Assembly (NCBI GenBank): GCA_002869105.1
Contig: PKTP01000010.1
Coordinates: forward strand, 55,789-119,788
Direction of reading: 5' to 3'
DNA length: 64,000 bases
Source: Alphaproteobacteria bacterium
Lineage (GTDB): Bacteria; Pseudomonadota; Alphaproteobacteria; UBA7879
In this document: positions 18,793 to 26,101 of the stretch, in pieces
How the letters are laid out: each line of letters starts with the position of its first letter
Position numbering within the stretch: position 1 is the stretch's first letter
The notes under the pieces: model-generated
Database searches by the model: none
The model's input: only the letters and a program-made list of their open reading frames with translations
Told to the model about the DNA's origin: nothing
Position numbers and translations under genes: made by a program

Positions 18793-20010
18793 TTAATGAC
18801 CGGACCATTGAATTGATTTCAAATCAATGCCGGCTTGAGCCATTTCCCATAAAGGGCTCATTTCTCGTAGGTGGGTAACAGCAGCGATAATATCCTCAGC
18901 TGCTTGGTCAACTTCTTCTTGGGTTGTAAATCGTCCTATGCCAATGCGCAAAGACGTATGTGCTAATTCTTCATCCACGCCCAACGCCTTGAGAACATAT
19001 GAAGGTTCAAGAGAGGCAGATGTACATGCAGAGCCCGATGAAACAGACAAGTTTTTGATACCCATCATAAGTCCTTCTCCTTCAACGTGGGCAAAACTTA
19101 TATTTAAGTTGCCAGGATAACGCATGACTGGATCTCCATTTAAATAGATCTGAGGCAAGCTTTCCTTGAGCTTTTGATACAATCGGTAACTCAACTTTTG
19201 AATCTGTGCAGACTCTACAGCCATTTCTTTCTGAGCAATTTCACATGCTTCTCCTAATCCGACACATAAGAAAGCAGAAAGCGTGCCCGAACGCATCCCT
19301 CTCTCTTGACCGCCGCCACTGATCTGAGAAACCAGACGCACGCGGGGCTTACGTCGAACATACAACGCACCAATGCCCTTGGGACCGTACAATTTATGAC
19401 CTGAGATGCTCAATAAATCTATGTTCATCTCCTCAACGTCTATGGGAGTTTTCCCCACAGCTTGGGCTGCATCTGTATGGAAAAAGATGCCGCGCTTGCG
19501 GCATAAAGCACCAATTTCTTTCAGCGGCTGTATCACCCCAATTTCGTTGTTAATAGCCATCACCGAAACCATTAACGTCTCTCCACGTATAGCCTTATTG
19601 AGAGTCTCCAAATTTACCAAGCCATTTGGTTCTACATCAAGGTACGTAATGTCAAATCCATTTCTTTCAAGCCAACGACAGGATTCAAGCACACATTTAT
19701 GCTCTGTTTTGCAGGTGATGATATGTGTTTTTTTGTCCCGATAAAATTCTGCAACCCCCTTAATCGCCAAGTTATTTGACTCTGTCGCGCCAGAGGTGAA
19801 GATGATTTCTTTAGGGCTGGCATTAATAATATTGGCAACCTGCTTTCTTGCCTTTTCAATCGCTTGTTCCGCTAGCCAGCCATGATAATGGGTCCGTGAG
19901 TGTGCATTTCCAAAAATCTCTGAAAGAAAAGGCATCATTTTTTCTGTAACACGCAGATCACAGGGTGTTGTTGACTGATAATCGAGGTAAATGTGGTTAT
20001 TTTCTGACAT
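18793..20010 (-). CDS. iscS: Cysteine desulfurase IscS
   Basis: 405-aa class-V aminotransferase ORF. PLP-Lys motif [18 protein letters not shown] and active-site Cys loop SSGSACTS. Confidence 0.9.
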   Translation of the reverse strand: MSENNHIYLDYQSTTPCDLRVTEKMMPFLSEIFGNAHSRTHYHGWLAEQAIEKARKQVANIINASPKEIIFTSGATESNNLAIKGVAEFYRDKKTHIITCKTEHKCVLESCRWLERNGFDITYLDVEPNGLVNLETLNKAIRGETLMVSVMAINNEIGVIQPLKEIGALCRKRGIFFHTDAAQAVGKTPIDVEEMNIDLLSISGHKLYGPKGIGALYVRRKPRVRLVSQISGGGQERGMRSGTLSAFLCVGLGEACEIAQKEMAVESAQIQKLSYRLYQKLKESLPQIYLNGDPVMRYPGNLNISFAHVEGEGLMMGIKNLSVSSGSACTSASLEPSYVLKALGVDEELAHTSLRIGIGRFTTQEEVDQAAEDIIAAVTHLREMSPLWEMAQAGIDLKSIQWSGH

Positions 20011-20021
20011 AAGCTATCCTA

Positions 20022-21131
20022 CTATTTATTTTGTCTCGTTTGATTAAAAAGCTGAATCCAGGCTTTTGAAAAATGGTCTAAGTCTGATTGCGTTGTTTGC
20101 CAACCACTACTAATACGTAGAGCTGTTTCAGCAACAGAATCCTGAGGTATCATCGCTTTGATAACCCGTGATATCGAAACTTTTCCAGATGAACAAGCAC
20201 TGCCCGCACTAACTGCAAACCCGGCCAAATCCAATGACATCACTTGTGTATGGTTTGGCACACCGGGCATGGTAATATTAGTTGTGTTACAAACACGCGG
20301 CGCTTGCCCGCCAACAACAACAGATTCTGGCGCTGCCGTGCGTAAAACTGTTTCAAGGTGATCATGCCATTTTCTAAGATGCTGCAGATCAGGCATATTT
20401 TCTAAAGCCGCCTGCCAGCCACAAATGGCCATAATGTTTTCAGTGCCAGATCTGCGGCTTTTTTCTTGACCACCCCCGCGCATCAGACTTTGCAAAGAAA
20501 TAGTCTCTCGTAGAACCAAAGCACCTATACCCTGAGGCCCGCCCATTTTATGGGCACAGAGAGTCATGGCATCGATTGCAAGTTTAGAAAATGAAAGAGG
20601 TACCTTCCCCAGTGCTTGCGAAGCATCAACATGTACGAACACGTGATCATATGCATGCGCTAACCGAACAATGTCTTCCAAGGGTTGAATCACACCTGTC
20701 TCATTATTCGGGGAATTAACGGAAATCAGCACCGATCCTTGATCAGCACATGTAGACAGTTTTTTTTCAAGGTGCGCCAGATCAATCACCCCTGATTCAC
20801 TAACCTTCAGCATCTCTCCTTTTTCAAGGGCTTTGAAAGCGCTGTCATGTGCAGTTGGGTCCATTAAGACAACATGCCAAGGAGCTCCTCGCAAAAGATG
20901 GTTGTTACCCTCTGTTCCGCCACTGGTAAAAACAACATGATCTGGATGCGCCTCAATACTTTCAGCAAGTGTTTTGCGCGCTCTTTCCAGAAGTCTTCGG
21001 GTATTTTGGCCCCAATGATGCACTGAAGAAGAATTTCCTAACGTCGTTTGCATTGTATGGCTTATAGCCTCAAGACAAGCAGGAAGCGGGGGCACCGTTG
21101 CATTATAATCCAAGTAAACCCTCTTAAGCAT
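20022..21131 (-). CDS. Second, NifS-like cysteine desulfurase (class V aminotransferase)
   Basis: The PLP-Lys region CAHKMGGPQGIGALVLR and Cys loop SAGSACSSG are present. The start is taken at the Met MLKRVYLDYNAT (21131), overlapping the iscR stop by 8 nt. Tandem nifS-like plus iscS is typical of Rickettsiales. Confidence 0.8.
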   Translation of the reverse strand: MLKRVYLDYNATVPPLPACLEAISHTMQTTLGNSSSVHHWGQNTRRLLERARKTLAESIEAHPDHVVFTSGGTEGNNHLLRGAPWHVVLMDPTAHDSAFKALEKGEMLKVSESGVIDLAHLEKKLSTCADQGSVLISVNSPNNETGVIQPLEDIVRLAHAYDHVFVHVDASQALGKVPLSFSKLAIDAMTLCAHKMGGPQGIGALVLRETISLQSLMRGGGQEKSRRSGTENIMAICGWQAALENMPDLQHLRKWHDHLETVLRTAAPESVVVGGQAPRVCNTTNITMPGVPNHTQVMSLDLAGFAVSAGSACSSGKVSISRVIKAMIPQDSVAETALRISSGWQTTQSDLDHFSKAWIQLFNQTRQNK

Positions 21132-21588
21132 TTTTACTCTCATACATGAAAGAATACGCGGGGTCACTCACTCCAGACTGATGCCTTCTCAGCGCATCTT
21201 TTAGCGAAATGCCCTGTAAATAGGATAGAATTTGGTCTCCAAGATCAGCCCACAAATAATGGGTCAAACAACGCGCACCATTGGCCATACACCCTTTTTT
21301 ACTGTGCGGCACACATCGGGTGACCCGCATAGGCTCATCCACTGCTTGAATCACATCTGCAATAAATATATCTCCAGTGCTCTTGCTCAAACGATACCCA
21401 CCACCAGCGCCTCGGATACTTGATACAATCTGATGACGGCGCAGCTTATTAAAAATTTGCTCAAGATAGCTAAGAGAGATGCTTTGACGCTCCGCAATAG
21501 AAGAAAGTGAAACGGGCCCGTTTTTCTCATTCAAAGCTAAATCGAGAATGGCCATTACGGCGTATCTTCCACGTGTTCCAAGCTTCAT
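21124..21588 (-). CDS. iscR: Rrf2-family Fe-S-sensing transcriptional regulator IscR
   Basis: 154-aa ORF with the wHTH MKLGTRGRYAVMAILDLAL and three cluster-ligand Cys (CVPHSKKGCMANGARC), as the first gene of the isc operon. Confidence 0.85.
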   Translation of the reverse strand: MKLGTRGRYAVMAILDLALNEKNGPVSLSSIAERQSISLSYLEQIFNKLRRHQIVSSIRGAGGGYRLSKSTGDIFIADVIQAVDEPMRVTRCVPHSKKGCMANGARCLTHYLWADLGDQILSYLQGISLKDALRRHQSGVSDPAYSFMYESKNA

Positions 21589-21638
21589 TGTTGTTTTTCC
21601 CTATAAAAAAAGCTAATCTCCATTGAACTTAAACTAAA

Positions 21639-21663
21639 ATACTTGACTAATTTAGTCAAGTTT
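21639..21663. promoter_or_regulatory. IscR type-1 operator in the divergent iscR / hydrolase promoter region
   Basis: ATACTTGACTAATTTAGTCAAGTTT matches the type-1 consensus ATASYYGACTRWWWYAGTCRRSTAT at 24 of 25 positions. It is a perfect 10-bp inverted repeat ACTTGACTAA/TTAGTCAAGT, located 51-75 nt upstream of the iscR start. Confidence 0.5.
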
Positions 21664-21679
21664 AATTGAGGCACACCCA

Positions 21680-22318
21680 ATGGCAGACATCGTTATTCCA
21701 GGCCCCGCAGGGCGGTTAGAAGTAAAGCACCACGCTCAGATAAACAATCCTGAAGCTCCCACGGCTCTTGTTCTGCACCCACACCCTCTTCATGGCGGGA
21801 CCATGAATAATAAAATGACATATACCCTTTACCAATCGTTTTATCGCGCTGGGTTTCACGTTTGTCGGTTTAATTTTAGGGGGATTGGCAAATCCACCGG
21901 CGAGTATGATCATGGTGAAGGTGAGTTAAGTGATACCGCCACTGTTATGGATTGGCTGCAAATACAGTATAAAGATTCGCGAAACTTTTGGATCTCTGGT
22001 TTCTCATTCGGCGCCTGGATCGCCATGCAATTGTTGATGCGCCGGCCAGAAATCACCGGATTCGTTATCGCTTCCCCCCCTGCAAATAAATATGATTTTA
22101 GCTTTTTAGCGCCTTGCCCTGTATCAGGTCTCATCCTTCAAGGAGATCAAGATGATGTTGTTGATCCTACCAGCGTTAACAATCTCGTCAAAAAGCTACG
22201 ACAACAAAAAGATATACAGATCAGCTATGAACCCATTCAGGGGACAGATCATTTCTTTTTAAACAGGCTGCAAGAGGCGTCTCAGCTCATTGAATCTTAT
22301 CTAAAAAAAGAAGTATAA
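21680..22318 (+). CDS. Alpha/beta-fold hydrolase (COG2945-like, about 210 aa)
   Basis: 212-aa ORF with LVLHPHPLHGGTMNNKM...RFNFRGIGKSTGEYDHGEGE and a nucleophile elbow GFSFGAW. Confidence 0.6.
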   Translation: MADIVIPGPAGRLEVKHHAQINNPEAPTALVLHPHPLHGGTMNNKMTYTLYQSFYRAGFHVCRFNFRGIGKSTGEYDHGEGELSDTATVMDWLQIQYKDSRNFWISGFSFGAWIAMQLLMRRPEITGFVIASPPANKYDFSFLAPCPVSGLILQGDQDDVVDPTSVNNLVKKLRQQKDIQISYEPIQGTDHFFLNRLQEASQLIESYLKKEV

Positions 22319-22331
22319 AAAGTTTAAGGAG

Positions 22332-23201
22332 CTACTTAGCTTTTGCGACTATCTTCTGATTCAATGGTCTTAAAATCCGAGCCAGCTTGCTTCGCAGATC
22401 ATGACGATGCACAATCATATCAATCATGCCATGCTTAAGCAGGTGCTCTGCCGTTTGAAAGTCATCTGGCAGCTTCTCACGAATGGTTTCTTCAATAACT
22501 CGACGGCCTGCAAATCCAATCATTGCCTGGGGTTCAGCAATGGCTATATCACCGGCCATTGCAAAAGAGGCTGAAACACCACCAGTTGTCGGATCAGTGA
22601 GTAACACCAAATAGGGAAGGCCGGCACTTTTCATCATTGCAACAGCCACCATGGTTTTTGGCATTTGCATGAGAGAAAAAGCGCCTTCTTGCATCCGCGC
22701 GCCCCCTGAAGCCGTGATAATCAAGAGCGGCTTTTTAAGGCGGAGGGCTTCTTCAGCAGCTTTAACAATGGATTCACCGACAACAATTCCCATTGATCCA
22801 CCCATGAAATTGAAGTCAAAAGCACAAATCACCAATTTTTCATTGGAAATTGTTCCTGAAGCAATGCGAACAGCATCAGAATGCTTGGTTTTATCACGGT
22901 ATGTTTTTAGACGCTCAGAGTATCTTTTGGTGTCTCTAAACTTAAGAGGATCATGCAAAGCTTCCGGCAAGGTGATTTCTTTATACTGACCATCATCAAA
23001 CAAAAACTTTAAGCGCTGCTCTGCCGACATGCGCAAGTGATGATCACACAATGTGCATACATTGTGGTTGCGCTCCAGATCGCGCATGAAAAGCATTTGC
23101 TCACACTTGGGGCATTTGGTCCAAAGGTTTTCAGGCGTTTCGTTCTTAGCTCCTACAAGAGCGCGGAGCTTTGGACGCACATAGTTGCTAATCCAGTTCA
23201 T
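22332..23201 (-). CDS. accD: Acetyl-CoA carboxylase carboxyltransferase subunit beta
   Basis: 289-aa ORF with the N-terminal Zn ribbon CPKCEQ...CTLCDHH and the carboxyltransferase body. Confidence 0.9.
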   Translation of the reverse strand: MNWISNYVRPKLRALVGAKNETPENLWTKCPKCEQMLFMRDLERNHNVCTLCDHHLRMSAEQRLKFLFDDGQYKEITLPEALHDPLKFRDTKRYSERLKTYRDKTKHSDAVRIASGTISNEKLVICAFDFNFMGGSMGIVVGESIVKAAEEALRLKKPLLIITASGGARMQEGAFSLMQMPKTMVAVAMMKSAGLPYLVLLTDPTTGGVSASFAMAGDIAIAEPQAMIGFAGRRVIEETIREKLPDDFQTAEHLLKHGMIDMIVHRHDLRSKLARILRPLNQKIVAKAK

Positions 23202-23285
23202 GTATGATCCTTCATAAGGTCAGCCGAAGCTATCAACTTTATTAAAAAAAAGCAATATCATAGCTTGAGCTGAAAAATGACTTGG

Positions 23286-23516
23286 TTATGAATTAAGACT
23301 TTCGTTCAATGCCTTGCCTGTCCGCGGATCACACCCAACGCGGGGCGTTCGGTGTTTGACATAAAAAGAGCCGAAGCCTCTTAGTTCCACACGATGATTT
23401 TTCTCAAGAGCTTTCACGATAGCATCAAAGAAAATTTTAACGATGTGCTCAACGTCCATTCTTGATTTTTGTGGCATCCTTTTCATAAGACGATCAACTA
23501 ACTCTGACTGCGTCAT
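23286..23516 (-). CDS. HU/IHF-family DNA-binding protein (IHF-beta-like), truncated inside the beta-arm by an in-frame TAA; possible pseudogene
   Basis: 76-aa product MTQSELVDRLMKR...RVELRGFGSFYVKHRTPRVGCDPRTGKA then a stop. A full-length IHF-beta is about 95 aa. After the TAA the frame stays open for 21 more codons to 23223, beginning PSHF (compare the conserved VPHFKPGK). Confidence 0.6.
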   Translation of the reverse strand: MTQSELVDRLMKRMPQKSRMDVEHIVKIFFDAIVKALEKNHRVELRGFGSFYVKHRTPRVGCDPRTGKALNESLNS

Positions 23517-23564
23517 AGCAAACTCCCTGTTATTATATATTTTAGGCTTCTTGGCGGCCTATTT

Positions 23565-24149
23565 TTACTTTACGATTGTGTCATAGCTTTTCTGCCTGGA
23601 AACAAAGGCTTTAGCTAGACCCTTCATGGCAGCGGCTTTGTTTTCAGCGAGCACCTTCCAGTGCCCTTTCAAGCTAACCACATCAAATTGGTATTGTTCG
23701 ATAACTTCTATGAGGTCTTCACAGTTTTTAGCCATGGCTTGAAGGTGTGATTTTTCCAGTCGACTTAAAGTTGTCACCCCTTGAGGCTTTTGTGTTAATT
23801 TTTTAAATACGCCCAGCGGAGAATTATCATCTTCTTGAATGCGTTTTTTATCATCCAAATCATCATCATCATCTTCACCATCTTCGTCTTCGTCATCTTC
23901 GTAGCTGGAAATATATGATCTTTGCTTTTTCTTTTTTTTCTTTTCTTTTTCTTTTTCTCTTTTGATACGCTCATCTTCATCTTCTAGAACACCATAGGTG
24001 TTCGCCAGATTGACTAAGATCAAACAGTGTTTTTTGTATTCCTGCATTTCTTGCTTGGTTTGATCGCAGGATTTTTCATCTTCTACCCTGATAGAATAAG
24101 ACATTAAACACAAAGAGAGCCCAATAAGAATAGATAAAAACTTGATCAA
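23565..24149 (-). CDS. Hypothetical secreted protein with a K/E-repeat and poly-Asp/Glu low-complexity core
   Basis: The ORF-track ORF (to 24305) overlaps the upstream gene. A TTG at 24149 preceded by GGAGG(N5) gives a clean signal peptide MIKFLSILIGLSLCLMSYS. The mature part includes EDEDERIKREKEKEKKKKKKQRSYISSYEDDEDEDGEDDDDDLDD. Confidence 0.45.
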   Translation of the reverse strand: MIKFLSILIGLSLCLMSYSIRVEDEKSCDQTKQEMQEYKKHCLILVNLANTYGVLEDEDERIKREKEKEKKKKKKQRSYISSYEDDEDEDGEDDDDDLDDKKRIQEDDNSPLGVFKKLTQKPQGVTTLSRLEKSHLQAMAKNCEDLIEVIEQYQFDVVSLKGHWKVLAENKAAAMKGLAKAFVSRQKSYDTIVK

Positions 24150-24216
24150 TAAAACCTCCGTGTTGATATTATTATGGGGAACTAATGCATTTTTTGTCAA
24201 TGACAATATCTGCACA

Positions 24217-24681
24217 TCAGTGGGCTGGTGCACCTGCCCACGGCTCTCGAAAACCAATACCAGAATCCTTAGACGCTCGGCTTGATTTATCTTCTTTGAG
24301 CTCAAACTGCTTGAGCCTACTCTTCAAAATATCAGAGGCATATTGGTTTTCCCGTAGCACTTGTTTATTGAAAGAAGGGGGAGATTGATCCGATTGCGTT
24401 GAGAGAAGATTCAACATAAAAATAGGTTGTTTTTTATAGCTTAACCCCAATCCAGGTTTTGTCTTTTTTTCATAACTGCTTGCTCGAAACTGATTATTGC
24501 CTTGTGCATGAAAGCCACGGCTTGCCAAGCCTTTAGTAGGTTTCTTATACACTGATGAATGATAGCCAACATCAAGATTGATTGGCTTTTTTTTCCGGGG
24601 ATAAAACGAGGCACCCATCCCTAAAAAAAGGGGAATAAAAGTTAAAAGAAAAATATATTTTTTATATTTCATTTTGATCAA
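24217..24681 (-). CDS. Hypothetical secreted Lys-rich protein
   Basis: 154-aa ORF with a signal peptide (YIFLLTFIPLFLGMGASF). The rest is basic (K/R-rich), with no recognisable domain. Confidence 0.4.
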   Translation of the reverse strand: MIKMKYKKYIFLLTFIPLFLGMGASFYPRKKKPINLDVGYHSSVYKKPTKGLASRGFHAQGNNQFRASSYEKKTKPGLGLSYKKQPIFMLNLLSTQSDQSPPSFNKQVLRENQYASDILKSRLKQFELKEDKSSRASKDSGIGFREPWAGAPAH

Positions 24682-24716
24682 AACCCTAAAAGTGTTATTT
24701 ACATAAATAGGTTTGG

Positions 24717-25679
24717 CTAAACAAAGGGATCCTCTTCCTCCATGGATTGAACCTGCCTTGGTTGGGATCGTTTAGGGGGATTAAGAATGCTTTCAAGATA
24801 GTGTGTTTTAAACGTGTACAAATCCGGCGCCTGACTTTGAAGCCTGCTTTTCCAATCATCTTTAGATTCACCTTCTCCTTGACTTAACAGGCTTGTATAT
24901 GCCGTTCCAGCTTGTAAGACTGGGATTTTACCCCGAATCGTAGCCATCAAAAGCGGCGCAGACATCTCTGAAGGCCTAAACCCACCAGAAACACCACCAA
25001 TGGCATAGGTCATAACAGGGTCCTTTATTTTAATACCGCTAGGAATAAATTGAAGCTCAGCTAAATTGCCATCGTGAATCCACGCTGTCAGTGCAGATTC
25101 TGAAAAGGACATACTCAAATCCTTCAAATCGTCAACAACTTGATTTTTGAACGCGAGTCCATTATCCGCCCAATTAGCCAATCTATCTTGAGGAATTTGA
25201 CGTCCTTCCCGACGAATAAATGCCACATAATATATCGGATCAACATCCTTATCTGACCTTAAAAGAGCAGAATTTTCAGCAACTGAGGCTTGTGGCCGCG
25301 GCAAAATAAACTCCACCATTTCTTCTGCTTCGTGAAAAGCTCTTTCAAGTGCCATTTTTTCAAGGGCGTTCATTCCACAAACAAGTGCTCTATGCATGGC
25401 ACTTTCAATATTTCTTTTTGGGATGAATTGCTCAGCAAAACTTGGCTCTGCGCAAACATGCCAACAACTCAGCCCACAATCACGGATCCAGGAAAGAACC
25501 TGACGCCTGCCCTTTTCTGTTTTAAGTTGTTGGCGCACACCCTCTACGATGTCTTTTGCATAGGATCCAAGACCGGCCACAGAGCCAATGAGAGCCAGCT
25601 CCACTGGTGTTGTAGCTTTCACAGAAGTAGCCCCAAACACCATCATCACCATTAAAGAAAGAGGGATGATTTTTTTCAT
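24717..25679 (-). CDS. Hypothetical secreted protein
   Basis: 320-aa ORF with a signal peptide (MKKIIPLSLMVMMVFGATSVKA) and a Cys cluster CGLSCWHVC. No family recognised. Confidence 0.5.
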   Translation of the reverse strand: MKKIIPLSLMVMMVFGATSVKATTPVELALIGSVAGLGSYAKDIVEGVRQQLKTEKGRRQVLSWIRDCGLSCWHVCAEPSFAEQFIPKRNIESAMHRALVCGMNALEKMALERAFHEAEEMVEFILPRPQASVAENSALLRSDKDVDPIYYVAFIRREGRQIPQDRLANWADNGLAFKNQVVDDLKDLSMSFSESALTAWIHDGNLAELQFIPSGIKIKDPVMTYAIGGVSGGFRPSEMSAPLLMATIRGKIPVLQAGTAYTSLLSQGEGESKDDWKSRLQSQAPDLYTFKTHYLESILNPPKRSQPRQVQSMEEEDPFV

Positions 25680-25785
25680 TCAATCTACTCAAAAAATGTT
25701 TTTCTATTCTAAATCTTTTGTGCTCAAATGGCGAAGAAAAATTATTAAAAATGCTTCCATAATGTCTATAAGGCTTCTAATTTTC

Positions 25786-25813
25786 TTGACTTTAAAACGG
25801 ACTTTGGTCTAAT
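25786..25813 (+). promoter_or_regulatory. Candidate sigma70-type promoter for the tRNA pair
   Basis: TTGACT (25786..25791), a 16-nt spacer, then TCTAAT (25808..25813), lying 12 nt upstream of the tRNA 5' end. Confidence 0.3.
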
Positions 25814-25825
25814 GAGCATCTAAAA

Positions 25826-25902
25826 GGGCCTGTAGCTCAGTTGGTTAGAGCCCACCGCTCATAACGGTGTTGTCGTAGGTTCGAGTCCTACCGGGCCCAC
25901 CA
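25826..25902 (+). tRNA. tRNA with CAU anticodon (elongator Met or, more likely, lysidine-modified Ile2)
   Basis: 77-nt cloverleaf: acceptor GGGCCTG/CGGGCCC, anticodon stem CACCG/CGGTG, loop CTCATAA, T-arm GTAGG-TTCGAGT-CCTAC, encoded CCA. It is not an initiator (no three G-C pairs at the base of the anticodon stem, and position 1:72 is paired). C4:G69 and C5:G68 are TilS identity elements, and the body resembles tRNA-Ile. Confidence 0.85.
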
Positions 25903-25964
25903 AAAAACTCGGATCAAAAAGATTGCATCCTCTTTTTTTTGTGATATGATCCGGCCATATTTAA

Positions 25965-26039
25965 GCGGGCGTAGCTCAGTGGTAGAGCACAACCTTGCCA
26001 AGGTTGGGGTCGAGGGTTCAAATCCCTTCGCCCGCTCCA
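25965..26039 (+). tRNA. tRNA-Gly (anticodon GCC)
   Basis: 75 nt: GCGGGCG...anticodon loop TTGCCAA...T-arm GAGGG-TTCAAAT-CCCTT...CGCCCGC-T-CCA. Confidence 0.9.
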
Positions 26040-26101
26040 AATATTTCCCCTTCTCACTTTTTTTTGATAACCTCACTTATACAAATTAATGATGACCTTA
26101 T

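Noticed and set aside
25888-26076. 62-aa minus-strand ORF
   Set aside because: It overlaps both tRNA genes (tRNA-CAU and tRNA-Gly) on the opposite strand. It is an artefact of the stable GC-rich tRNA sequence.
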